A stretch of DNA of 64,000 bases from assembly GCA_002869845.2 (NCBI GenBank), contig NEWS02000003.1, positions 11,607-75,606 on the forward strand, written 5' to 3'. This DNA is from Nitrospira sp. CG24B (lineage in GTDB: Bacteria; Nitrospirota; Nitrospiria; Nitrospirales; Nitrospiraceae). The position numbers and the translations under genes were made by a program. The notes under the pieces are model-generated. The model was not told the origin of the DNA. It did not search any database and worked only from the letters and a program-made list of their open reading frames with translations. Position 1 is the stretch's first letter. Each line of letters begins with the position of its first letter. Of this stretch, positions 37,443 to 46,984 are shown in pieces.

Positions 37443-39236
37443 TTGGATTACCAAGTCTCCGCGCGCAAATATCGTCCCGGCACGTTTGACGATGTGATCG
37501 GTCAGCCCCATGTCGTCCAAACATTGATGAACGCCGTCTCGACGAAACGAGTCGCGCACGCGTATCTCTTTTCCGGCACGCGAGGTGTGGGGAAAACGAC
37601 CGTCGCACGAATCCTCGCGAAGGCACTCAATTGTGAACGAGGACCGACAAGTCATCCCTGCGACACCTGTGAAAATTGCCGTGAAATTGCACAGGGAAAC
37701 TCGGTTGATGTCATCGAGATCGACGGCGCGTCTAACACCAGCGTAGATGATGTGCGAGAGATCCGCGAGAACGTTCGCTTCACGCCGTTTCGTGGTCAGT
37801 TTCGAGTCTACCTTATCGATGAAGTCCACATGCTCTCAAACTCGGCATTTAATGCTCTCTTGAAGACACTCGAAGAACCACCAGCACATGTCGTGTTCAT
37901 CTTTGCGACAACGGAGATTCACAAAATCCCCGCGACGATTCTCTCGCGATGTCAGCATTACAACTTTCGTCGGATCGCCAGGACCGAAATCATCGAACGA
38001 CTTCGGCACGTAGCAGCGCAAGATCAGTTGTCGCTTGAGGAACGGAGCTTCGTGGCCCTGGCTCGCGCCAGTGAAGGGAGTATGCGTGACGCCTTGAGTT
38101 TGCTTGATCAGGCCATTGCCTACGGCGGCAAAACCATCAGCCACGCAGACCTCGAACTGCTCTTGGGAGCCGTGCCTCAAGAACTGGTGCAGGAACTTCT
38201 CCGAGCGATTTTGGCCCAAGACAGCCCTGCTGCCCTTGCCAGCCTGGCTAACCTGCTGGACCGGGGACATGACTTGCGGGCGTTCTGCGCGGAAGTCGTG
38301 GAACACATCCGTAATCTGCTGGTGGCAGCAGTCGTTCCCAGTACGGTCGAGCTGCGTAGTTTGATTGAAACCTCGGAAGATGATCTGAGCCAGCTGTCGA
38401 TGGATGCCAAGATACTGACTCCGGAACGGTTTCAGGAACTGCTGGCAATCTTCATCCAAGCGGAAGATTCTTTACGATTCAGTAGCCACCCTCGCTTCGT
38501 GGTGGAGACTGCGGCTGTTCGAGCTACTCGCCTGCTTCGCCAACAAGAGGGTACGGAGGCCCGCCCAGCACAGACAGCGTCGTCTTCCAGCCAGAAACCT
38601 CCAGCTAAACCGGAAGAACGCAAGAGCGGGCCATCAACTCCTCAGACTTTACGCCAGGGCGTACCCACGGCGTCACGGCCCATCCCTAAACCTGCTCACA
38701 CGCCCAGGGGGGAAACGGACGAAGGGTCAACGGTCTCACCTAAACCATCTCACAATCCACCGCCTGCTATGACGACAACCGCCCCAGCCACCGTGCCTCC
38801 CATAGCCGTCGGTCCACAACCAACGTTGCAGTGGGACGTAGTCCAAGAAGAGGTTGGCGCTTCATTTCCCAATATCGCACCGTTTCTCGAAGCCGGCAGG
38901 TTTGTTGGAATGGAGGGCGGCTTCGTCACTATAGGATTTGCCAAACAGGCAACCGTGGCCAGAGCGAGGTTGGAGAAGGAAGAAAATCTTCTGGTGTTAT
39001 CAAAGCTGTGCGAGCGTCAGTTGGGGTCTCCCGTACGTGTCCGCATCATCGAGCTGACTGAGACCCATCCACCGGGACCGACCATGGCCCAAATACGAGC
39101 AGCCAAGGAACAAGAACAACGGCTGGTGTTGTTCGAACGTGCGAAAGCGAACCCAACGGTGAAGCAAGCCCTCGAGATATTCGGCGTCGAATTGGCCGAG
39201 GTTCGTACCATAGCTCAGCAGGAGGCAAGCGAATGA
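37443..39236 (+). CDS. dnaX: DNA polymerase III subunit gamma/tau
   Basis: SARKYRP, GTRGVGKTT, Zn motif, IDEVHM, LKTLEEPP, SRC. Confidence 0.98.
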   Translation: MDYQVSARKYRPGTFDDVIGQPHVVQTLMNAVSTKRVAHAYLFSGTRGVGKTTVARILAKALNCERGPTSHPCDTCENCREIAQGNSVDVIEIDGASNTSVDDVREIRENVRFTPFRGQFRVYLIDEVHMLSNSAFNALLKTLEEPPAHVVFIFATTEIHKIPATILSRCQHYNFRRIARTEIIERLRHVAAQDQLSLEERSFVALARASEGSMRDALSLLDQAIAYGGKTISHADLELLLGAVPQELVQELLRAILAQDSPAALASLANLLDRGHDLRAFCAEVVEHIRNLLVAAVVPSTVELRSLIETSEDDLSQLSMDAKILTPERFQELLAIFIQAEDSLRFSSHPRFVVETAAVRATRLLRQQEGTEARPAQTASSSSQKPPAKPEERKSGPSTPQTLRQGVPTASRPIPKPAHTPRGETDEGSTVSPKPSHNPPPAMTTTAPATVPPIAVGPQPTLQWDVVQEEVGASFPNIAPFLEAGRFVGMEGGFVTIGFAKQATVARARLEKEENLLVLSKLCERQLGSPVRVRIIELTETHPPGPTMAQIRAAKEQEQRLVLFERAKANPTVKQALEIFGVELAEVRTIAQQEASE

Positions 39237-39556
39237 AAAGTCCTTTCGGTAATATGGGCAACATTCTTAAGCAAGCTCAGGCCATGCAGGAACAAATGGC
39301 CAAGATTCAGGAACAAGCTGCGTCAAAAACCGCCAGTGGGACGGCCGGCGGTGGGATTGTCACCGTCACGGCGAACGGGGCGATGCAGATTGTCAGTGTG
39401 GCGATCGATCCCGAGGTCGTCAAGAGCGGCGATGTCGATATGCTCCAGGACCTTGTGGTGGCCGCGACGAACGACGCGCTCCGCAAAGCCAAGGAATTGA
39501 TGGAAGGCGAAATGAAAGCGCTGACCGGCGGGATGAAAATTCCAGGCCTATTTTAG
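39233..39556 (+). CDS. ybaB: YbaB/EbfC nucleoid-associated protein
   Basis: QAQAMQ..GGGIVTVT..DMLQDLVVAA; between dnaX and recR. Confidence 0.96.
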   Translation: MKSPFGNMGNILKQAQAMQEQMAKIQEQAASKTASGTAGGGIVTVTANGAMQIVSVAIDPEVVKSGDVDMLQDLVVAATNDALRKAKELMEGEMKALTGGMKIPGLF

Positions 39557-39558
39557 CG

Positions 39559-40161
39559 ATGGCCGTCGATCAACAGGGCTTGTTGGCGAGATTGATCAAG
39601 GAACTGGTTCGTCTCCCAGGAATCGGTCACAAGAGCGCCCAGCGATTGGCCTTTCATCTCATGAAGGCCGAGCGAGAGGATGCCTTGCGGCTGGCGGATG
39701 CCATTCGTGCGGTGAAGGATGGGTTGGCGTTTTGCCGACAATGTCGCAATATCGCTGAAGCAGACCTATGTGAGTTTTGCCTCGATCCGAAACGTGATCA
39801 GACCAAGATCTTCGTCGTTGAAGAACCAAGTACGCTATACGCCGTCGAACGGGCAGGCGCCTATCGCGGGCTCTATCACGTCTTGTTGGGAGCGCTTTCC
39901 CCACTCGACGGCATAGGTCCGGGCGACATCAAAGCTGAGGAGCTTGTTGAGCGCGTGAAACTCGGCGGGGTTGAAGAAATCATTCTCGCAACGAACCCTA
40001 CCATTGAAGGAGAAGCCACGGCGATCTATCTGACCCGATTGCTTAAACCCTTTGGCGTACGCGTTTCCAGAATTGCTTATGGAATTCCAGTGGGGATGGA
40101 TATTGAGTATGCGGACGAAGTGACGTTGTTGAAATCGATCGAGGGTCGCCGGGATTTGTAG
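39559..40161 (+). CDS. recR: Recombination protein RecR
   Basis: LPGIGHKSAQR, CxxC..CxxC, TOPRIM ATNPTIEGEATA. Confidence 0.98.
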   Translation: MAVDQQGLLARLIKELVRLPGIGHKSAQRLAFHLMKAEREDALRLADAIRAVKDGLAFCRQCRNIAEADLCEFCLDPKRDQTKIFVVEEPSTLYAVERAGAYRGLYHVLLGALSPLDGIGPGDIKAEELVERVKLGGVEEIILATNPTIEGEATAIYLTRLLKPFGVRVSRIAYGIPVGMDIEYADEVTLLKSIEGRRDL

Positions 40162-40186
40162 TGTGTATACGGCTTTCCAGTCCTGA

Positions 40187-40216
40187 TTGACCCCCTCTCA
40201 GCCAGATTGGTATAGT
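40187..40216 (+). promoter_or_regulatory. Candidate promoter for dksA
   Basis: TTGACC-N18-TATAGT with extended TG. Confidence 0.6.
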
Positions 40217-40249
40217 TTCAGCGGCCTGTCGTCCGCAGAATATGAACGT

Positions 40250-40699
40250 ATGAAAGCACGGTCTTCTAGTAAACGCCCGCCCTCGCCCAAGGTACCGAAC
40301 ACCGCAGTCCCCGCTCGCTCCGCGAGGAAAGGGAAGGCAAGTACGAAGAGAGCGAAATATCCCGACATCCGACGTGATCTTGAACGTCAGCGCACAGCAA
40401 TCCTTGGTGAGGTTGAAGAAGTGCTGGCCCATCGCGGCGACCTCGAGGCCTTTCCCGATGTCAGCGACCAGGCCTCTGCTGAAGTCGATCAAAACTTCTC
40501 CATGCGGATTCGGGATCGCGAGCGGAAGTTGCTCAAGAAGATCGACGAGGCCCTGGAACGGATGAATGTAGCGACCTACGGGATCTGCGAGCGCTGCGGT
40601 GGAGATATCCCTTACAAACGTCTTAAAGCCAGGCCGGTCACCACCCTCTGCATCGAGTGCAAGACCCTTCAAGAACAGGAAGAACGAGCTCGGGGCTGA
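40250..40699 (+). CDS. dksA: RNA polymerase-binding transcription factor DksA
   Basis: Coiled-coil tip DVSDQA (DxxDxA); C4 Zn finger CERC..CIEC. Confidence 0.9.
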   Translation: MKARSSSKRPPSPKVPNTAVPARSARKGKASTKRAKYPDIRRDLERQRTAILGEVEEVLAHRGDLEAFPDVSDQASAEVDQNFSMRIRDRERKLLKKIDEALERMNVATYGICERCGGDIPYKRLKARPVTTLCIECKTLQEQEERARG

Positions 40700-40755
40700 G
40701 TCGTTTTCTTCACACGAATTGAGAATACTCAAGATAATCCGGATAGGACGCGGAG

Positions 40756-41904
40756 CTACTGCTTCAAGACCTTCACCCGTTCCTTGGCGTGTGCCATACG
40801 GGCTTCCTCTTCGGGTATCCCTTCCACAAGAGCAAGATAGGTTTCGTACTCAGAGAGCGCGCGCTTGGGGTTCGTGGCTTCACTCGCTCCGGCTAGATTG
40901 AATCGGGCCAGGGCATAGTTGGGACGCAGGGTCACCGCCTTTTCGAACAAGCGTAAGCCAGCCGCTGTGTCCCCTAATTTTACCTGGACCGTGCCAAGAT
41001 TGTTCAACACCTCCGGGATGTTAGGCCTGAGGGTTAGTGACTGCAACAACTCCGCTTTCGCTTTCTCGAGTTGTCCTTTCACGAGCCATGCAACCCCAAG
41101 TTTGTGCCGAGCTTCGGCAAGCCAGACCTTATTTGTGAATCCACTAACAATCGCCTTTTGGTATGCATCGGCGGCAATCTCATAGTTCTTATCCCCGCAG
41201 TAGGCAAGCTGGGCAGCCTGACCACGAGCGAATTGCTGCAACGACGCGAACGGCTCTTTATCCTCGGTTCCCTGGCTCTCCATTGTTTGCCCCCCCGTAC
41301 CCCCTCCAAAATTGCGAAGCCGATCAAGAAACTCCCGTCGGTACGGAGAGAAGAGGCGCACATAGGGATCGATCGTGTAGGAGGCCTGGAGCAGGACCGG
41401 ACGGTCGTGAGGACCGGTGACGAGATACTGGGTCGTGCTTTTCTCGTCTCCAGTCTCGAGGAGCGCGCTGCTTTCCATATTCATTCGTGTTTCCAATTGG
41501 GCCACGTTCAAGTAGAACTCGACCAACGGCTTCAGCTGAGAGAGCGTATGCCGAAGCACCGGATAGGGTTTGAGATCCAGTCCCTTCGAGAAGGTGAACA
41601 AAGCCCCCACCAGCACGTCATCTTCGTCGAAGAAATAGGATTCCTCTCCGTGCGAGGCACTTCCTTGTATAGGAATGACAAGCTCCTGCCCGCTTCCCCA
41701 ACTCGTCGAGGCGTACGTCACGGGGGGGTATTTTTTTAAGAAGTCGACCTTGCGCTCACAGAGCGCCGTTGACACGAGCAGAGCAAGGTCGCTTTTCGAG
41801 GGTGGGAGCGGAGGCTTCACAGGGGCCGCGGACCCGCCACACCCGATCACCAGACCCACAACCGCGATGAGGCTGGCCAAAGACACGTACTTGAAGGGAC
41901 TCAT
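40756..41904 (-). CDS. TPR-containing lipoprotein
   Basis: Lipobox VIGC; C-terminal TPRs (PEVLNNLGT, YALARFNLA). Confidence 0.85.
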   Translation of the reverse strand: MSPFKYVSLASLIAVVGLVIGCGGSAAPVKPPLPPSKSDLALLVSTALCERKVDFLKKYPPVTYASTSWGSGQELVIPIQGSASHGEESYFFDEDDVLVGALFTFSKGLDLKPYPVLRHTLSQLKPLVEFYLNVAQLETRMNMESSALLETGDEKSTTQYLVTGPHDRPVLLQASYTIDPYVRLFSPYRREFLDRLRNFGGGTGGQTMESQGTEDKEPFASLQQFARGQAAQLAYCGDKNYEIAADAYQKAIVSGFTNKVWLAEARHKLGVAWLVKGQLEKAKAELLQSLTLRPNIPEVLNNLGTVQVKLGDTAAGLRLFEKAVTLRPNYALARFNLAGASEATNPKRALSEYETYLALVEGIPEEEARMAHAKERVKVLKQ

Positions 41905-41974
41905 CGAGCAATCCTCGTACTACACATACTACAAACAATACACGATTTGAGGGGGTCTTCGCGAAGAGGAAATG

Positions 41975-42005
41975 AAAAGGCCCGCTCTTCTCAAAGAGCG
42001 GGCCT
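41975..42005 (-). terminator. Intrinsic terminator after the small lipoprotein gene
   Basis: AGGCCCGCTCTT / AAGAGCGGGCCT stem followed by TTTT on the minus strand. Confidence 0.75.
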
Positions 42006-42031
42006 CATCTCTTTTGAAAGGACTGGGTAAA

Positions 42032-42373
42032 CTAGCGACGTTGTGCGTCTACCATATTGTCTTCCGCTGTATAGCCGGAAAGATACGAGAATCCGTTTGC
42101 CAGCTTATAGATCGGACGATTGATCCCATAGTCGAACGCATGGCCGATCGGATTTGAGAAAAATCCAAGCCAACGAAGGGGATGATCATTGACAGCTGAA
42201 CCAGCAGCGGGGTCCGAATAGACCAACGCGGTACTGTCCAGAATGTTGTAGATACTGGTTGGAGGCGTATATTCCTTGGTCTCGACACTTCCGCCTTGTT
42301 GGTGTGTCGTGCTGCAACCGGTGGCAACCGTGGCCAGCACCATGATGCCCAGGATGGTCGATGTTGCTTTCAT
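42032..42373 (-). CDS. Small hypothetical lipoprotein
   Basis: Signal peptide with lipobox ATGC; HPLRWLGFFSNPIG segment. Confidence 0.8.
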   Translation of the reverse strand: MKATSTILGIMVLATVATGCSTTHQQGGSVETKEYTPPTSIYNILDSTALVYSDPAAGSAVNDHPLRWLGFFSNPIGHAFDYGINRPIYKLANGFSYLSGYTAEDNMVDAQRR

Positions 42374-42548
42374 GTTATGACCTTTCTTCTTTCGGTTCCC
42401 ATCTACAGGATACTCAAACCAGATACGTCACAAAGATAATCAGAAGTGTAGCCCACACCCTCGTTTCTGTCCAGAATTCGAGGGCTTCGCTCGCTTGATA
42501 AAGATGAACATTTCTCAGGAGATAGAACGTCGAGGGGAAAATGGAGCA

Positions 42549-42623
42549 TGGTGGGCGATACAGGTATCGAACCTGTGGCCTCTTCCGTGTGAAGGAAGCG
42601 CTCTACCACTGAGCTAATCGCCC
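42549..42623 (-). tRNA. tRNA-Val(CAC)
   Basis: GGGCGATTAGCTCAGTGGTAGAGC; CTTCC-TT-CAC-AC-GGAAG; GGTTCGATACC; CCA. Confidence 0.97.
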
Positions 42624-42845
42624 GACCGGAAGCAAGTCAGAAAAGAGGGCAAACTCTAGCACTGCGCCCCCGGAGCAGTCAACGCGAGGGCTACTCCCTC
42701 GTGAGTGATCGACCAACCCATTGAATTTCTCATTCCACAAGAGTTCATCTGTTCCCCCTGTCGATAAACTTAGCGCAGGCTCGTCGAAGGATGAATGGAA
42801 AGGCATCATGTGGGCTCGGTAAGGAAGCAGACGACCGTCATCTTG

Positions 42846-42882
42846 TTGCTAGGATAATCAATGCTGTATACAATACAGCATT
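42846..42882 (+). promoter_or_regulatory. Toxin-antitoxin promoter with operator palindrome
   Basis: TTGCTA-N17-TACAAT; perfect 10-bp inverted repeat AATGCTGTAT-aca-ATACAGCATT (42860-42882) over the -10. Confidence 0.8.
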
Positions 42883-42903
42883 CGCATGTTCATGGAGGAG
42901 CCT

Positions 42904-43131
42904 ATGGCCGTGAGATTGAATATCACGATGGAGGAGGACATTTACGCGAGACTGAAGCAGGAAGTGCCGCCGAAGAAGATCAGCGCATTCATCTCCTCCG
43001 CGGTGCGAGCGAAACTTCATCCGGATAGAAAATCCCTTGATGAAGCCTATCGGGCCGCCCGAAAAGAGCGCTGGCGGAAAGAACTGGAGAATGACTGGAA
43101 GCACACGGAAGGTGAAGGGTGGCCAAAGTAA
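42904..43131 (+). CDS. Antitoxin, probable ribbon-helix-helix DNA-binding
   Basis: GGAGGAG RBS; beta-strand RLNITM then helices; overlaps the toxin start. Confidence 0.8.
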   Translation: MAVRLNITMEEDIYARLKQEVPPKKISAFISSAVRAKLHPDRKSLDEAYRAARKERWRKELENDWKHTEGEGWPK

Positions 43132-43466
43132 GGACCCTACCCCGCCGAGGAGACGTCTACTGGGTCGCATTGGATCCGACGATCGGATCCGAAATCAAAA
43201 AGACCAGACCCGCCGTGATCGTGTCAAACAACTCCTGTCATACCTTCGGCGCGCGCGTCGTCGTGCTGCCGCTCACCAGCAACGTCGAGTCGTTGTATCC
43301 AGGAGAAGCCATGGTCGTTGTCAACGGCAAGCCGGCTCGGGTCTTGGGTGACCAGATCCGATCATTGGATAAATCACGATTGCGATCGAGAATCGACAGG
43401 TTGAGCCCCGACGAGTTGATGGCGGTCGACGAGGCGATCCGTATCACACTCGCCTTACAGCCTTAG
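43119..43466 (+). CDS. mazF: MazF/PemK-family endoribonuclease toxin
   Basis: RGDVYWVALDPTIGSEIKKTRPAVIVSN, PLTS, DQIRSLDKSRL. Confidence 0.95.
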   Translation: MAKVRTLPRRGDVYWVALDPTIGSEIKKTRPAVIVSNNSCHTFGARVVVLPLTSNVESLYPGEAMVVVNGKPARVLGDQIRSLDKSRLRSRIDRLSPDELMAVDEAIRITLALQP

Positions 43467-43550
43467 GCGGGCAAAACCCTTCTCAGAACCGGAAAAGCCT
43501 CATCGCCAGCATCCTGCATACATACGTCAGCCGCGCCACAGACCAATGAA

Positions 43551-43590
43551 CCGTTCGTGGTGAGCCCTTCGACGTGCTCAGGGCGAACGG
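43551..43590. repeat. REP-like palindromic element
   Basis: CCGTTCG..TGAGC-ccttcgacgt-GCTCA..CGAACGG nested inverted repeat. Confidence 0.65.
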
Positions 43591-43654
43591 AAAGGACGCA
43601 ACACCCGTTAAGACCACTCTCGCCAGACGGAGTCGGAGGCAAAGGGTAAAAGGG

Positions 43655-43747
43655 TTAGGGAAGGTCTCGGACGAGACGAAAGCCAATGCCGTTGTCCCGA
43701 GTGTCGGCAAAGTTCCAGTCCCGGTTCGATGCCCGCAGGAGCACTAG
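43655..43747 (-). pseudogene. 3' end of FGE-sulfatase (SUMF1-like) domain gene, separated by the IS
   Basis: Removing the IS and one CTAG restores ..RDGSWFNLL|VLLRASNRDWNFADTRDNGIGFRLVRDLP*. Confidence 0.85.
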
Positions 43748-44603
43748 GGCGTGTCATCAATTAATTTTTCTGATTCCCAAGGCAAGGACGGTGTGATTCA
43801 CTATTTACAGGCCGAAGGAGGGCCTCTGGATGGTGAGACGGTACGGGTTGCGCGATGACCAATGGGAGAGGATCGAACATCTGCTACCAGGCCGCGAAGA
43901 TACGGTGGGCGTGACGGCGAAGGATAACAGGTTGTTCGTAGAGGCGGTGTTATACCGGTACCGTGCTGGGATACCGTGGCGGGATTTGCCGGAGCGGTTC
44001 GGGGATGTTCGTGTCATCCACACACGCCATACGCGCTGGAGCACACGCGGCGTGTGGAAGCGGGTGTTCGAGCGTCTCGCCGATGACCCTGATAACGAAT
44101 ACGCCATGATCGACTCTACAATCGTCCGCGCCCACCAGCATAGTGCTGGTGCAAAAGGGGGCATCAGGCACAGGAAGCCAGCGGGCGCAGCAAAGGTGGC
44201 CTGACCACAAAAATCCACGCCACCTGCGATGCGCTGGGTAATCCCACAGGCTTCCATCTCACGCCGGGACAGGCGCATGATCTTGACGGAGCCGATGTCC
44301 TGCTACCGGGCATTGATGCGCACACGATCATTGCCGATAAGGCCTTTGATGCCGATGAACGGGTGATCCAGCCACTGCAACAAGCGGGAAAAACCATCGT
44401 CATCCCGCCCAAGTCCAACAGAAAGGTCACCCGCGTATACGATGAAGACCTGTACAAGGCGCGGCATCTGATCGAGAACTTCTTCGCCAGACTCAAACCG
44501 TTCCGCGCAATCGCCACCCGCTATGATAAACGCGCCGTAAACTTTCTCGGCGCCATCTATCTTGCCGCTTCAACCACCTGGCTTAATTGATGACACGCCC
44601 TAG
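43744..44603 (+). mobile_element. IS5-family insertion sequence (two-ORF, IS427-like) with CTAG target site
   Basis: Perfect inverted ends CTAGGGCGTGTCATCAATTAA (43744-43764) / TTAATTGATGACACGCCCTAG (44583-44603), including the flanking CTAG. Confidence 0.95.
43830..44590 (+). CDS. IS5-family transposase (orfA + orfB joined by -1 frameshift)
   Basis: orfA LRDDQWERI..WRDLPERFG..IDST; -1 frame continues GRSKGGLTTKIHA..ADKAFD..RHLIENFFARLK; A4G5 run at 44153-44161. Confidence 0.9.
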
Positions 44604-45047
44604 TAAGTTGAACCAAGAACCGTCACGAATCACGCGCAGACCACAGTTACCACTGTTCGCATCAAACCAAAATGAGCCATCAGGTGGAGCCTCTTCATAA
44701 TTGTTGTGCCAGCAATCCTCTACCCACTCCCACACATTACCGCTCATGTCGTAAAGACCGAGCCTGTTTGGCTTCTTGCTGCCAACTAGCTCTGTACCAC
44801 CGTTATTGCCATACACCGCATATTCGTTCAATCGGCTTTCACCAGAAGTCCCAGCCCAGGTCTCATCCCTTCCGCCGCTTCGCGCCGCATATTCCCACTC
44901 GGCTTCCGTGGGCAACCGATAACGCTGTCCGGCCTGTTGGGACAACCACTGGGCATAGGCATTCGCCTCCTCCCAGGACACGTTGATGACTGGTCTCCGA
45001 CCACACCCCCAACCCTGGTCGTTTGCGCTGAAGCCCACTGCTACCAA
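44604..45047 (-). pseudogene. 5'-truncated FGE-sulfatase domain remnant
   Basis: PVINVSW, RLPTEAEWEYAARSG, NRLGLYDMSGNVWEW; N-terminal part absent; interrupted by the IS. Confidence 0.88.
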
Positions 45048-46587
45048 TAGTATGTAGGGGAATCAAGTGCATACGCCTATTCTCCAATTCTAATCCATAC
45101 AACATGCTTGGTCCCAACCATAGCACAGAGGGGCTATAACTTGGATCAATGATTGCCCTCATGAGTCGTGGCAAGACATGTCGAAATGATATGTAGGATG
45201 AGGGTATGGATCGAAGCCCATGCGTTAGCAGATCGAGTGCCATTTTTCGAAAAATAGGGGATCCGTTGCTCGGTCTTCGGCAAGGGCCTGAAACAAATGG
45301 AATGTGCGCGAGGCTGGGATAGTGGCGCCGGATCGTTTCGGCATGAAAGGTATAATCTCCCACGAACTCCACGGGGAGACCGATGAGGAAGTCAAACAAT
45401 GTATGGTCGAGAAATGGAGTCAACACCTGTACCGATCGATTCCAAACTCCATGAGGGAGCAGACTGACGGCTCGGCGGGTCCGATTCCAGAACGTAAAGG
45501 CTACTACCGGATTGGGAGCCGCAGCAAAACGCGCGGCCTCGACCGAGAGGCGGTGAATAGCCCGTTCACGGCTTAACAGCCGTGCCAGTTTGGGCTTCAA
45601 ATAGCGGACGCCTCCGTACTCATTTTGCAGAAAGTCCTCAGCAAGGACGGCAAAGCGTCCAGCTTGGAAAGCCTCATGTCGCGCAGGCGTGACAATGTGT
45701 CGACAGTCCGAGAGCACATCCCCCCCCAAGCCATCAAAAACCGTCACAACTTTGTGTTGCAAATAAGGTCCTACGACCATCCCCCAATTATGCTCCAACG
45801 CACCGAGGCTCGTGGCCTGGAGCTTCTGAATTTCCGCATTCACCCAATCCCTTGGTTGTTCGATTTCGACGTGGGGGACAGCGAGAGCTTGCGCCACTTG
45901 TTTGGCGTAATCCAGGTCTTCACTGGACTCACCCGGATAGATCTGAGCCGTCACGCAAAGCTTTGGCTTTCTTCCCAGTCGGCATAGCTCTAATAGGATA
46001 TGCCGCGAGTCCATCCCCCCCGAAAGAGCAACGGCCACATCACCGGCAACAGTCGATCTTCTTCTAACGGCCTCGCTGAAAAGCTCGTTGTAGCGCTCGT
46101 AGGCCGCTTCACGGGTGAGGCCGGTCGCGGCTTCACCTAGGATCACACACCCGGTAGGACGTTCGCTGCCACCCGACCATGTAAACTGTGTACCCGGCGG
46201 CAGGGCTCGAATAGCCGAGTATGGCGTATCGTCTCCGACAAACGTGCCGAGACGAAGGAATACCGCCAATGCGTCGTAGTCTAGTTCTGGAGAGACACCT
46301 TCCGCTATCAGGCGTTGAACGGAAGTTGCGATGATGAATCCCTTGGGCCCTTGACTATAATATGCTGGACACAAACCATACCGATCGTTGCGGACCACCA
46401 ATTGAAGCCCTGTCCATTCCCATCGTAAGAAGGTCCCTTCTTCGCCGATTTGGTGACCGACGAATAGATCCTTGTTCCCCTTTACCGTAAACTGGCCTTC
46501 CTGCTTTCGGATAGCAATGAAGTAGTCACCGAAGAAGCTGCCGAATTTCATGCTTGATGAGGCAGTAGCAGAGGAATAGGCCAACAT
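44863..46587 (-). CDS. Asparagine-synthase-like ATP pyrophosphatase (probable polysaccharide amidotransferase); 3' end fused to the FGE remnant
   Basis: RNDRYGLCPAYY; PP-loop ALSGGMDS; GLGGD; PFLD. No N-terminal MCGI. Last ~60 codons overlap the FGE remnant out of frame. Confidence 0.8.
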   Translation of the reverse strand: MLAYSSATASSSMKFGSFFGDYFIAIRKQEGQFTVKGNKDLFVGHQIGEEGTFLRWEWTGLQLVVRNDRYGLCPAYYSQGPKGFIIATSVQRLIAEGVSPELDYDALAVFLRLGTFVGDDTPYSAIRALPPGTQFTWSGGSERPTGCVILGEAATGLTREAAYERYNELFSEAVRRRSTVAGDVAVALSGGMDSRHILLELCRLGRKPKLCVTAQIYPGESSEDLDYAKQVAQALAVPHVEIEQPRDWVNAEIQKLQATSLGALEHNWGMVVGPYLQHKVVTVFDGLGGDVLSDCRHIVTPARHEAFQAGRFAVLAEDFLQNEYGGVRYLKPKLARLLSRERAIHRLSVEAARFAAAPNPVVAFTFWNRTRRAVSLLPHGVWNRSVQVLTPFLDHTLFDFLIGLPVEFVGDYTFHAETIRRHYPSLAHIPFVSGPCRRPSNGSPIFRKMALDLLTHGLRSIPSSYISFRHVLPRLMRAIIDPSYSPSVLWLGPSMLYGLELENRRMHLIPLHTIGSSGLQRKRPGLGVWSETSHQRVLGGGECLCPVVVPTGRTALSVAHGSRVGICGAKRRKG

Positions 46588-46984
46588 ATACACCTCCAGC
46601 TAACGACAAACTCGATCGCGCCGAAAAAGTCGTCCGTTTGGTACAGATGGCTGGCCCATTGAGAGATTCACAGGAAAAGATACGCTAACAAATCTAGTGA
46701 CTCGCTGTGAGAAAGTGGAGGATGAAAGCGATAGTACACTCCAAAATTCCACGTTCTACCGGCACCAAGTGAACTGGCACCTGCACGATTCCTAAGACAT
46801 TCTCAGCCCAATTGTGGGCACACTGAATCCATCCGACAAAGAGAATTGCGCTGGATCGATAGCTCTTCCATACTCGCAGCTCAAAACGAGAACGAAACTT
46901 CAACACCTGGACGGCGGTGTAAAAACACTCCGGTCCACCAACAAGAATGGAGAAGGCGGTGATGCATCTTGACTGCTCTGGATT

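Noticed and set aside
38560-38830. dnaX programmed frameshift producing gamma
   Set aside because: No A-AAA-AAG or long A-run in the linker region.
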